DNA from: an uncultured Gammaproteobacteria bacterium
GTDB taxonomy: Bacteria; Patescibacteriota; Patescibacteriia; 2-01-FULL-39-33
Length of the DNA stretch: 64,000 nucleotides
Reading direction: 5' to 3'
NCBI GenBank assembly: GCA_964512625.1
Contig: CAZEKG010000002.1
Coordinates: 201,102-265,101 of the forward strand
Shown here piece after piece: positions 27,405-35,393 of the stretch. Position numbers and translations under genes: made by a program. The notes beneath the pieces are model-generated. The model was not told the origin of the DNA and did no database searches. It saw only the letters and a program-made list of their open reading frames with translations. How positions within the stretch are numbered: position 1 is the first letter of the stretch; each line of letters opens with the position of its first letter.

Positions 27405-27950
27405 CTATACTTTCTTTATCTGCAAAAAGTCCAATTCAACAGGTGTTTCTCGGCCGAACATGGAAATCATGACTTTTATCTTGCCTCTTGATTCATCGAC
27501 TTCGATAACCTTGCCTTCCATATTTTTGAACGGACCGTCTGATATTCTGACAGCGTCGCCTTTAACTACATCGATTTGGAATTCTGGCTCGTCAACGCCC
27601 ATGCGTTTTTGTAGAGATTTTATCTCTTCTTCGGAAACAGGGGTTGGAGTTGTTCCGGAACCGACGAAACCGGTTACATGAGGCGTATTTCTTACGACAT
27701 ACCAAGAATCATCATTAACTACCATTTCAACTAGGACATAGCCTGGGTAAACCTTTTCCTCGACTACTTTTCTCTTGCCGTTCTTGATCCTGATCTTCTT
27801 TTCTTTTGGAATAAGGATGTTAAAAATCTTATCTTCCATATCCATCGACTCGATACGCTGTCTTAAGTTATGTTCGACAGCCTCTTCTAATCCGGAATAG
27901 GTATGGAGAACATACCAGCGCCTTCCAAGCTGTAATGTTTGTTTTGCCAT
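27405..27950 (-). CDS. nusG: Transcription antitermination factor NusG
   Basis: NGN domain (WYVLHTYSGLEE) and KOW motif (GDAVRISDGPFKNMEGKVIEVD). Confidence 0.9.
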   Translation of the reverse strand: MAKQTLQLGRRWYVLHTYSGLEEAVEHNLRQRIESMDMEDKIFNILIPKEKKIRIKNGKRKVVEEKVYPGYVLVEMVVNDDSWYVVRNTPHVTGFVGSGTTPTPVSEEEIKSLQKRMGVDEPEFQIDVVKGDAVRISDGPFKNMEGKVIEVDESRGKIKVMISMFGRETPVELDFLQIKKV

Positions 27951-28007
27951 ATTTTTAAGGGTAATTGGGAAGCGAGCTAGCCGATTAGCTAGACTTGCCG
28001 GCCCGTT

Positions 28008-28199
28008 TTATTTGATTAATTTGTTGAAGCCGAGGCTGAAAAAGTAGTCGCAAACGCCAAGAAAAAGAGCAACAGCTAAAGAGATGGCGATAACTAAAAG
28101 GGTATGCCTTTTAACATCTCTTTTCGTTGGCCAGGTAACGTTTTTAAACTCCCTGTAAGACTCTTTCAGGTATTGGACTACCGGATTGACAATATTCAT
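28008..28199 (-). CDS. secE: Preprotein translocase subunit SecE
   Basis: 63 aa with a single C-terminal TM helix, immediately upstream of nusG (conserved secE-nusG-rplK-rplA order). Confidence 0.8.
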   Translation of the reverse strand: MNIVNPVVQYLKESYREFKNVTWPTKRDVKRHTLLVIAISLAVALFLGVCDYFFSLGFNKLIK

Positions 28200-28260
28200 A
28201 TTTTTGTAACCGTTTTTTTGGTTTTTAAAAGCCCCTTGCGGGGCGATCTTTACTGTTTAG

Positions 28261-28289
28261 ATTATACAGGAAAAGGGAAATAAATGCAA
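28261..28289 (-). promoter_or_regulatory. Sigma70-type promoter for the secE-nusG-rplKA operon (-35 TTGCAT, 17 nt, -10 TATAAT on the minus strand)
   Basis: Near-consensus hexamers with a 17-nt spacer; a gccccgcaaggggc hairpin sits in the leader. Confidence 0.5.
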
Positions 28290-28328
28290 GGGGGCTGCCG
28301 GCAGGCAGGTCCGCAATAGTCCCTTTAA

Positions 28329-28358
28329 CTGTCATTCCCGCGTAGGCGGGAATCCAGG
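28329..28358. repeat. Palindromic hairpin unit (attcccgc-gtag-gcgggaat) related to the tgtcatcc family
   Basis: Perfect 8-bp stem; shares a tgtcat(t)cccg head with the units at 15098 and 23907. Confidence 0.5.
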
Positions 28359-28418
28359 TTATATTTTCTCCCTCCTTACTAAGGGGGAGATTAAGAGGGG
28401 GGTTTTAGTTCGTTTTCT

Positions 28419-28638
28419 TTACTTTTTCTTTTTTAGTAAAGAAAAAGCTAACAAAAAGAAAAATCGCTCGCTGTAAAAAATCATGGCTTATTATTTCATT
28501 TCGCTCAATTAAGCCAATTATCATAATAGCAACAGAAAAATTGGCTTTTAACTTTCGCTTTCATGAAAAATAAGCACAATATTTTTTAACGCTCGCAAAT
28601 GCAAATTACTTATTACCTGTTACGTATTACTTATTACC
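28419..28638 (-). repeat. Intergenic repeat family R1, copy C (reverse orientation) with GTAAYA leader; termini conserved, middle diverged but still forms a gccaatt/aattggc stem
   Basis: 5' block tttgcgagcgttaaaaaatattg and 3' block gccatgattttttacagcgagcgatttttctttttgttagctttttcttt.ctaaaaaagaaaaagtaa are conserved relative to copies A and B; lies directly 3' of the minus-strand gene 28646..29017. Confidence 0.75.
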
Positions 28639-28645
28639 GAGTTGC

Positions 28646-29017
28646 TTACAATTTAAAATCAAAACCCTCTTTTTCTTCTAATTTTACATCTTTTTGCTTA
28701 TTTTCTACTTCTTCCGGTTCTTTCTTGGCCTTTTTAGGCGCCATTTTTTCAGCGGTTTTCGGGTTTGGGGAGTACAGCTTATTCTTTATTTTCCATTTAT
28801 CGACATACTGCCCGAGGCCGAGAGTATTGAATTTATTACTAATTTTAGTCTTGCTTTGAGACCATTTTAAAAGGCTTTCGAAGTTTATGCGATAACTGCC
28901 GCGGACAACAATATAAGTAACCTCTTCTTCTTGAATGGCCCTTCTTATAGTTTTCTCGCTAACCCCGAAAAGGCTGGCGGCTTGGGAAATTGTTAGTCTT
29001 ATCGGCTTTTCGGCCAT
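28646..29017 (-). CDS. Helix-turn-helix DNA-binding protein (excisionase/MerR-like HTH_17) with a Lys/Glu-rich tail
   Basis: LTISQAASLFGVSEKTIRRAIQEEEVTYIVVRGSYRI. Confidence 0.55.
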   Translation of the reverse strand: MAEKPIRLTISQAASLFGVSEKTIRRAIQEEEVTYIVVRGSYRINFESLLKWSQSKTKISNKFNTLGLGQYVDKWKIKNKLYSPNPKTAEKMAPKKAKKEPEEVENKQKDVKLEEKEGFDFKL

Positions 29018-29177
29018 ATGATAGTTGTGTATAAACTGTTTATAAACCTGACTTATGTCCAGACCGTTATGGACATAACTTACGATATTTAGCTTAAAAT
29101 GTCAATCAGCGAGAAATCGGCTAGTAGGAGAGGGGATATCTCAAGAAAGCCCTTAATCCGAATAAGCCGGCTATTCC

Positions 29178-29206
29178 TTGCCTTTTGCTATGAAATATAC
29201 TATAAT
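29178..29206 (+). promoter_or_regulatory. Sigma70-type promoter (-35 TTGCCT, 17 nt, -10 TATAAT)
   Basis: Seen directly about 140 nt upstream of the ECF sigma gene. Confidence 0.4.
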
Positions 29207-29272
29207 AGCTATTGTTTAGAAGGGGCGAATTGCTTAAATGAACAATAAAATTACTCAATTTTTTCCTTTGAA

Positions 29273-29902
29273 TTGGCGCTTCTTTCTAAGCCTTTTGGAA
29301 TAAATAAAACCAACTGTAACAACTTTATACTTTTACCGTCTACAATAATGAGAAATGCTATAACTGAAAAGATTCTTTTCTTGAAGATAAAAAATCTTGA
29401 TCAGGAGGCCTTTGGCCAGTTTTACGATCTTTATGTCACAAAAATCTATCGTTTCATCTTTTTTAAGGTCAGCTCTGTTTCCGAGGCTCATGACCTGACT
29501 TCCGAAGTTTTTTTAAAGCTTTGGCAATGCCTTAAGGAGGGCAAGGAGATTAAGAATCTCGGCGCCTATACCTATACGCTTTCGAGAAACCTCGTTATCG
29601 ATCATTACCGAAAGAAAAGCCGAACGGAAGAAACGAACCTTGATAATCCTGAGGTTTACGGTTTGCCGGAAGACAGCCGGAAAGGATTGGCTGAATCAAT
29701 GGCTATCGCGGAAGAATTAAAAGAAGTCCTCAAGGGTTTGGAAAATCTTAAAGATGAATATAAAGAAGTAATAATCCTAAGTTACTTAAACGAGCTATCG
29801 ATTTCCGAGATAGCGGTTATCTTAAATAAGAGCAAGGGCAATGTAAGAGTCTTATTGCACCGGGCAATGACAGCGTTAAAAAACAATCTCCATGAAAGAT
29901 AA
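29273..29902 (+). CDS. ECF-family RNA polymerase sigma-70 factor (true start probably the ATG at 29348, MRNAITEK...)
   Basis: Region 2 (YRFIFFKVSSVSEAHDLTSEVFLKLW) and region 4 HTH (LSISEIAVILNKSKGNVRVLLHRAMTALK). Confidence 0.8.
   Translation: MALLSKPFGINKTNCNNFILLPSTIMRNAITEKILFLKIKNLDQEAFGQFYDLYVTKIYRFIFFKVSSVSEAHDLTSEVFLKLWQCLKEGKEIKNLGAYTYTLSRNLVIDHYRKKSRTEETNLDNPEVYGLPEDSRKGLAESMAIAEELKEVLKGLENLKDEYKEVIILSYLNELSISEIAVILNKSKGNVRVLLHRAMTALKNNLHER
29315..29340 (+). promoter_or_regulatory. Candidate ECF-type autoregulatory promoter (GTAAC, 16 nt, CGTC) immediately upstream of the likely sigma start at 29348
   Basis: AAC and CGTC elements with 16-nt spacing, as in many ECF sigma-dependent promoters. 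Confidence 0.35.
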
Positions 29903-30977
29903 GGATCTGATTAAAAAACTTAAATCGTTAAGGAATACCGAAGCCGGGGGAAAGCCTCAGGGTTCTTGGGTTATGGAGAATAAGAGTATTTTAATGTCTC
30001 AAATCGGCGGCGGACGCCAGGAAATTCAGGAAGAAAAGAGCTCCGGAAAATATTACTTTCAGTTTTTCGCTGAAGTCTTTGGTAATAAGGTTTTAAAGCC
30101 GGTTGGCGGCGCTTTACTTTTAGTTGTTGTTTATTTTACCTATTCCGCCGGAATGAGTATGGCTAATGCCAGTTTGCCGGGAGATATGCTCTATCCGATT
30201 AAGACAGTTCAGGAAAAAGTCCAAATGGCTTTAACCTTCTCTGATGATAAGAAGGTTCAACTCCAAATGAATATCGTAACAAAACGAGCTGATGAGCTCC
30301 AAGCCTTATCCTCAAAGCCCGACAGCGCCGATAAAAAGGCTAATATGGCCAGTACTGTAAAAAAGATCTCCTCTGATATTAAAGAAGTTAAGACGAAGTT
30401 TGATAAGATAAATCAAGTCGCTTCTCCGGAATTCAAAGTTTCTATCCTTTCCTTAGCTAAAGAAGTTGATGATAAGACCTTGATTGTTGAAAAGACTTTA
30501 GTCGATACCCATAAAACTTTAACCGGCGATACGAAGAAAGAATTGGCTAAGGATGTTAAAGAGGCGATAGCGAGCGCCGAAGCGACTGGAGCGAGCGCTT
30601 TAACGGTTATTGTTAAGAATTATAATGAAGGCGGAAAAGATATTGCTGATAATGATGTAGCGAGCCGAGTTGCGGAAAGAATTAAGACGACTGAAGAAAC
30701 GATTGCGGTTGCCGTTAGTGATGCGAATAAATTAGCTTCTTCGACTAGCGCGACTTCAACTATTGAGGCTAAGGCGAGTAGTACGACTGTAGCGAGCGAA
30801 ACAACAGCTAAAGCTTCGATTGAAGCGGCTAAGGATTTATTGGATCAAAAGGATTTTACCTCTGCTATTGCGAAGATTCAGGAAAGTAAAGATATTGTCG
30901 GAGAGATTATTGAAAAAACCCAGTCAATTGATATAATTAGTGTTACGAGTACGAATTCGACAACGACAGGGAAATAA
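29892..30977 (+). CDS. Putative membrane-anchored anti-sigma factor (DUF5667-like)
   Basis: Overlaps the sigma gene by 11 nt; cytoplasmic N-terminus, one TM helix (LLLVVVYFTYSAG), and an extracytoplasmic helical Ala/Lys/Thr-rich domain. Confidence 0.5.
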   Translation: MKDKDLIKKLKSLRNTEAGGKPQGSWVMENKSILMSQIGGGRQEIQEEKSSGKYYFQFFAEVFGNKVLKPVGGALLLVVVYFTYSAGMSMANASLPGDMLYPIKTVQEKVQMALTFSDDKKVQLQMNIVTKRADELQALSSKPDSADKKANMASTVKKISSDIKEVKTKFDKINQVASPEFKVSILSLAKEVDDKTLIVEKTLVDTHKTLTGDTKKELAKDVKEAIASAEATGASALTVIVKNYNEGGKDIADNDVASRVAERIKTTEETIAVAVSDANKLASSTSATSTIEAKASSTTVASETTAKASIEAAKDLLDQKDFTSAIAKIQESKDIVGEIIEKTQSIDIISVTSTNSTTTGK

Positions 30978-30985
30978 GTTCTTTA

Positions 30986-31446
30986 AATCACAAATCGCAA
31001 ATTACAATTTCCAAATAAATTCCAATGAATCAAGTTTCAAACAGTCCTAAGTATGACCTTGAAGAAAGAACTTTGGAGTTTAGTAAAAGAATTTCGACTC
31101 TTTGTAGAAATTTGCCTTATAATGAGGTTAATAATTGTTTTATAAAGCAAGTAATTAGATCTGGAACTTCCATAGGAGCTAATTATAGAGAAGCTAATGA
31201 AACAGAAACAAAAAAAGACTTTCTTTTTCGCATGAGAATAAGTAGAAAAGAAGCGAAGGAGACTGTTTATTGGTTGGAATTGATAATTTACTCTAATCCT
31301 GGTTTGGAAAAGAGGATGGCCAATATTTTGGAAGAATCAAGAGCATTAGTTAAGATAATATCTTCAATAGTTGGGAAATGTAAGAATAAAGAAGATTAAT
31401 TGTTATTTGATGTTTATAATTTGTTTGGAAATTGTAATTTGTGATT
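30986..31446. repeat. Perfect 23-bp inverted repeats (aatcacaaat[cgcaaat]tacaatttccaaa ... tttggaaattgtaatttgtgatt) bracketing the four-helix-bundle gene
   Basis: Left IR 30986-31015 carries a 7-nt internal duplication; right IR 31424-31446; the ORF 31025-31399 lies exactly between them. Confidence 0.8.
31025..31399 (+). CDS. Four-helix-bundle protein of the 23S rRNA intervening-sequence protein family (PF05635/TIGR02436-like)
   Basis: SIGANYREANETETKKDFLFRMRISRKEAKETVYWLELI matches the family signature; 124 aa. Confidence 0.75.
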   Translation: MNQVSNSPKYDLEERTLEFSKRISTLCRNLPYNEVNNCFIKQVIRSGTSIGANYREANETETKKDFLFRMRISRKEAKETVYWLELIIYSNPGLEKRMANILEESRALVKIISSIVGKCKNKED

Positions 31447-31513
31447 AGGTGCTTATTCCGGCAGATATTGTGAAAGAGTTTCCGGTTGAGATTAGAGGAA
31501 ATTAAAGATTAAA

Positions 31514-31542
31514 AATTAGTTAGCTAAAATAACTAATTTTGA
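31514..31542 (+). terminator. Terminator-like hairpin (aattagtta-gctaaaa-taactaatt followed by TTTT)
   Basis: Perfect 9-bp stem with a short T-run, after the four-helix-bundle cassette. Confidence 0.4.
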
Positions 31543-31717
31543 AAACGAAGGATATCGGGGCTAAATGGCGACTTAGGTTGCCGAGTCTTGAAAGGTAAAG
31601 GTTGTTTCGCTTCGGCGAAGCCCTAAAGGCGCGGTTTTTAGTCCGCTTCGGCGGATAATTTAAGCGGCATCCCGACCATCGGCGTTTTCGAAAGAATTAA
31701 TTAAAGAAAGATTAACT
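31543..31717 (+). promoter_or_regulatory. GC-enriched structured leader upstream of the giant surface-protein gene, with two UUCG-tetraloop hairpins
   Basis: ttcgc-ttcg-gcgaa and tccgc-ttcg-gcgga hairpins plus further G/C segments, in contrast to the AT-rich surroundings. Confidence 0.4.
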
Positions 31718-34700
31718 ATGAAAAAGTTTTTTACTTACATCACAGTTATCGCCACTTTGGCTTGGTCTTTAGGCATCGCTGCCGTAGCTCCAGCTGCTTT
31801 AGCAGCTTACACTCCGGTTGACGGTGATATCGTTAAGACTGCCACTAACCCCGCTGTTTACTACGTTACTGGAGACGGTGTAAGACACCTCTTTTCTAAC
31901 AGAGTAACCTTCGGCAGTTGGTTGCCAAACTTCAACGGCTTGAAAGTTATCTCTCAATCCGAGTTCGAAGCTTTGACTCCTGGCAATAATGTGATTGCTA
32001 GACCTGGTTCTCTTATCAAATTTGATAACGAATCAGCTGTCTATGCTGTCGCTCCTAACAACGCTTTGTATGCTATTGGTAGCGGTGACGCTGCTGCTGC
32101 TCTTTACGGATCAGCTTGGGCTAGCAAAATTTTGATTATCCAATCATCTTTTAGGTCCAACTATCCTTCAACTGCAGCTGGCGTTTTAACTGCAACCTCT
32201 AACTTGCCTGACGGTTCATTGTTCCAGTATGCTGGTACTGATACCACTACTTACTATGTCCAAAATGGCCAGAAGAGACCTTTAGCTACGGATGCTTTTA
32301 CCGCCAACGGTTTCAGAGATAGCATGATCGTCAAGAACGTTCCTGCTACTATGACCTTCACTTCTGGATCTTCTATCACTTCCAGAGAAGACGGTATTGC
32401 TAAGATTGTTTCTGCCGGTTCAAGCGCTTACGTTCCTTCTGGCAATGTAACCGTTTCCTTGGCTTCCAACAATCCTACTGCCGGAGCTTTTCCAGTTCCA
32501 ACAACTTCCGGTCATGTTAGTCAGGTTCCATTCTTGAGAATTAACATTACTGCCGGCAATGCTGATGCAGTTGTTACTGGTTTAAATGTCTATAGAGGCG
32601 GATTATCCAATGACAATGATATCAATAATGTATATTTGATGGATGGTTCGGTTGTTGTTGCTACAAATATCGGCTTATCTAATGGTAAAGCCATCTTCTC
32701 TCAACCGGGCGGATTATTTACTGTTAAGGCTGGTACTACTAAGACCATCACCATAGCTGCTGATGTTAATTATTCAGCCGCTGGACACGCTATCGCTTGG
32801 AGCATAAACGCTGCTACCGATATCGTTGCAACTAACCAGACCATCGGTGGTAGCTTCCCAATCAATGGAACTGCTATGTCAGCTGTTCAGGTTACTAACC
32901 CAGACTTAGCTACTTTGACTGTTACCCCAATTGGTACCGGAGCATCTGTTAACGCAGGCACTCAAGGCTACTTGGCCGGTGAATTCAGCTTCCAGGCCGC
33001 CAACAGCGCTGTCAGCATCAAGTCAATCAAATTGACTGAAACTGGCACAATCAATGCTGCTAGCGACTTGACAAACATTAAATTAATGAATGGCGCTACT
33101 CAGATCGGAGCAGTTGCTCCTGCATTGAGTGCTGATGGCACAGTCGTGTTTGACTTGTCTTCAAATCCTTTGCAGATTACTGCAGGCCAGACCGCTAATT
33201 TATTCGTTTATGCTGATGTTGTCGGCGGTGTAAATCGAAATTTCAGATTTACAATACAGAGAGCTTATGATGTAGTTGCCACTGACATGACCTATGGTGT
33301 TGGTTCAACTATTTCATTATCTGCTACTCCAGCCAATGGCACCCAGACTACTGTTAGTTATGGGACATTATTGGTTCAGAAATCAGCAGATTCACCAACC
33401 GGTTCAGTTGCGGCTAATGCCACCAACCAGACTATTGGTAAATTCTCAGTAACCGCTAATGGTGAGGCAGTTAGAATTACTGCTTTGACTTATGGCATGA
33501 GCTTTTCTTCTGCCACAGGCACTTTGGTTTTTGATAACTTAAAGTTGGTTGATGATCAGGGAACTCAAATCGGCACTACTGTAAGAAGTACTGCTGTTGT
33601 AGAAACATCAGTCCCTACCACATACACAGCTCTTACTGGTTTGAATTATATTGTTCCTGCCAACACCACAAGAGTATTGTATGTAAAGGCTGATGTAGTT
33701 ACTGCCGGCACTTCTCTTACAGCTAACTTGTCCGGTATTACTGCTCAGGGCTATACTTCGCTAGCTGATGCTAGCGCTGCCGGCACTGTTACCGGTAATC
33801 CTTTGACAATTAACGCGACCCCTTTGGCCGCTGCTCTTAATAACTCAGTTGGCGCAATCACTGCAGTTGAAAATGCTCCTGCGGTAAGAGTTGCTTCCTT
33901 TAATTTAAGCGCAGGACAGTCTGAGGGCGCTAATGTCAATACGATTACTCTTACAACTAAGACTGTTGCTAGTAAATTTTCTAGCTTAACGGTTAAAGTT
34001 AACGGTACTCAGGTTGGTAGCGTATATAACACCTTAGCAAGCGCTTCACCATATACTTTCTCAGTTTCATCCCCAATTAATATTGCTGCTGGAACGACTG
34101 CAGTTGTAGACGTCTATGCAAACACTCTGGGCTCCACTTATGGTGCAGCTCCTGTAGTTGAATTGACTTCAGTTTCTGCAACCGGTGCTTTAACTAACTC
34201 CGTTTTATCCATTGTTGCTAAAGATGGACAGAACGTAACTGTTGGCACTGGCGGTGCATTAACGTTTGATTCTTTGACTAATATCAGCTCTCAGTTTGTT
34301 TCTGCCGGAGTAACCGGAGTAAAGTTGGGAACTTATACTTTCAAGGCTGATAACAAAGAAGCTATTAACCTTACTCAGGTTAATATTAAGGATACTGGTG
34401 CTCAGGCAAGTACTTTAACTGATTTGACCAACATCAAATTGATGAATGGCACAACTCAGGTTGGTACTACGGCTGGCTCATTAAGCACTGCCGCTGATAC
34501 AGCATTTGTTATCAACGCCGGTAGCGCCGGAGCAGTTGTTGCTCAGAATGGTTATATCACTTTGGATATAGTCGCTGATGTAAACAATGCCTCAGTTATC
34601 ACTTCCGGTGATGCTCACACCATTTCTGTTAGCGGTGTTTCTTACCAGGGCGCAAGCTCAGGTAATCCTGACACTATTGCTGATGGTAGCATTACTGATA

Positions 34701-35179
34701 GTGCCACAGTATTTACTGTTTACAGAACTAATTTGATCGCTACTCAGGGTAGCGTATCTGTAGATAATAATATCTATGATGGCAAGACTGTAGCTAGCTT
34801 TACCTTTACTGCCGGAACCGGCGGTCCAGCTAAGTTAGCAAGTACTACTCTCCAGGCCGTTGGTGCTGCTGTATCTACAACTGCTCCTACGACCATGAAG
34901 ATATATAACGGTTCTACATTAGTTGCTACTCAAGTAGTAACTGGTACAACTGCTACATTGGTTAATTTCTCACCTATTACCGTTTCGGCTGGCGGCTCAG
35001 TTACGCTTACCGTTAAGGCTGATTTAACAACTGCTGGCTATTCTGCAAGCAGCCCTGCTAAATCATATGGTGTTAATTTGACTACATATACATGGGGTGA
35101 CGGTTCAGCTGCTGGTAATGTATTTACTCCTGATCCAAGCATCTCATTGCCTGTTTCTGGCCCTGGAATAGCTTTCTAA
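31718..35179 (+). CDS. Large secreted S-layer-like surface protein with an N-terminal roughly 170-aa targeting-like domain and repeated beta-sandwich-like modules
   Basis: Signal peptide MKKFFTYITVIATLAWSLGIAAVAPAALA; Thr/Ser/Ala/Gly/Val/Asn-rich; recurring TNIKLMNG(A/T)TQ(I/V)G... modules; strong terminator downstream. Confidence 0.7.
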   Translation: MKKFFTYITVIATLAWSLGIAAVAPAALAAYTPVDGDIVKTATNPAVYYVTGDGVRHLFSNRVTFGSWLPNFNGLKVISQSEFEALTPGNNVIARPGSLIKFDNESAVYAVAPNNALYAIGSGDAAAALYGSAWASKILIIQSSFRSNYPSTAAGVLTATSNLPDGSLFQYAGTDTTTYYVQNGQKRPLATDAFTANGFRDSMIVKNVPATMTFTSGSSITSREDGIAKIVSAGSSAYVPSGNVTVSLASNNPTAGAFPVPTTSGHVSQVPFLRINITAGNADAVVTGLNVYRGGLSNDNDINNVYLMDGSVVVATNIGLSNGKAIFSQPGGLFTVKAGTTKTITIAADVNYSAAGHAIAWSINAATDIVATNQTIGGSFPINGTAMSAVQVTNPDLATLTVTPIGTGASVNAGTQGYLAGEFSFQAANSAVSIKSIKLTETGTINAASDLTNIKLMNGATQIGAVAPALSADGTVVFDLSSNPLQITAGQTANLFVYADVVGGVNRNFRFTIQRAYDVVATDMTYGVGSTISLSATPANGTQTTVSYGTLLVQKSADSPTGSVAANATNQTIGKFSVTANGEAVRITALTYGMSFSSATGTLVFDNLKLVDDQGTQIGTTVRSTAVVETSVPTTYTALTGLNYIVPANTTRVLYVKADVVTAGTSLTANLSGITAQGYTSLADASAAGTVTGNPLTINATPLAAALNNSVGAITAVENAPAVRVASFNLSAGQSEGANVNTITLTTKTVASKFSSLTVKVNGTQVGSVYNTLASASPYTFSVSSPINIAAGTTAVVDVYANTLGSTYGAAPVVELTSVSATGALTNSVLSIVAKDGQNVTVGTGGALTFDSLTNISSQFVSAGVTGVKLGTYTFKADNKEAINLTQVNIKDTGAQASTLTDLTNIKLMNGTTQVGTTAGSLSTAADTAFVINAGSAGAVVAQNGYITLDIVADVNNASVITSGDAHTISVSGVSYQGASSGNPDTIADGSITDSATVFTVYRTNLIATQGSVSVDNNIYDGKTVASFTFTAGTGGPAKLASTTLQAVGAAVSTTAPTTMKIYNGSTLVATQVVTGTTATLVNFSPITVSAGGSVTLTVKADLTTAGYSASSPAKSYGVNLTTYTWGDGSAAGNVFTPDPSISLPVSGPGIAF

Positions 35180-35240
35180 TAGTTATTTCAAATTATGCTC
35201 ATAAGAGATTATCTTGATTGATAATCCACAAGCATTACAA

Positions 35241-35277
35241 AACACCCCCGTCTTCGGATGGGGGTGTTTCTGTTTTT
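35241..35277 (+). terminator. Strong rho-independent terminator (aacaccccc-gtcttcggat-gggggtgtt followed by a T-run)
   Basis: 9-bp GC-rich stem plus TTTTT. Confidence 0.8.
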
Positions 35278-35393
35278 AAAAAGTTATCCACTGCAGGTAA
35301 AGCTGATTTTAGTAAATTATGGTATAATAAATTCAAGTCAAGAGTTTTAGAATTAAATAAAATTTATATAAATAATTAACCTGAATTACAGTT

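Noticed and set aside
28200-28420. Expected tRNA-Trp/rpmG upstream of secE
   Set aside because: No cloverleaf, T-loop (GTTCRA) or L33-like ORF was found; the region holds a promoter, hairpins and repeat units instead
31440-31717. Structured RNA upstream of 31718 being RNase P RNA, tmRNA or 6S RNA
   Set aside because: Lacks their conserved sequence blocks; more consistent with an mRNA leader
33751-33939. Small antisense ORF within the surface-protein gene
   Set aside because: Lies in a repetitive Ala/Thr/Gly-rich coding region; antisense artefact
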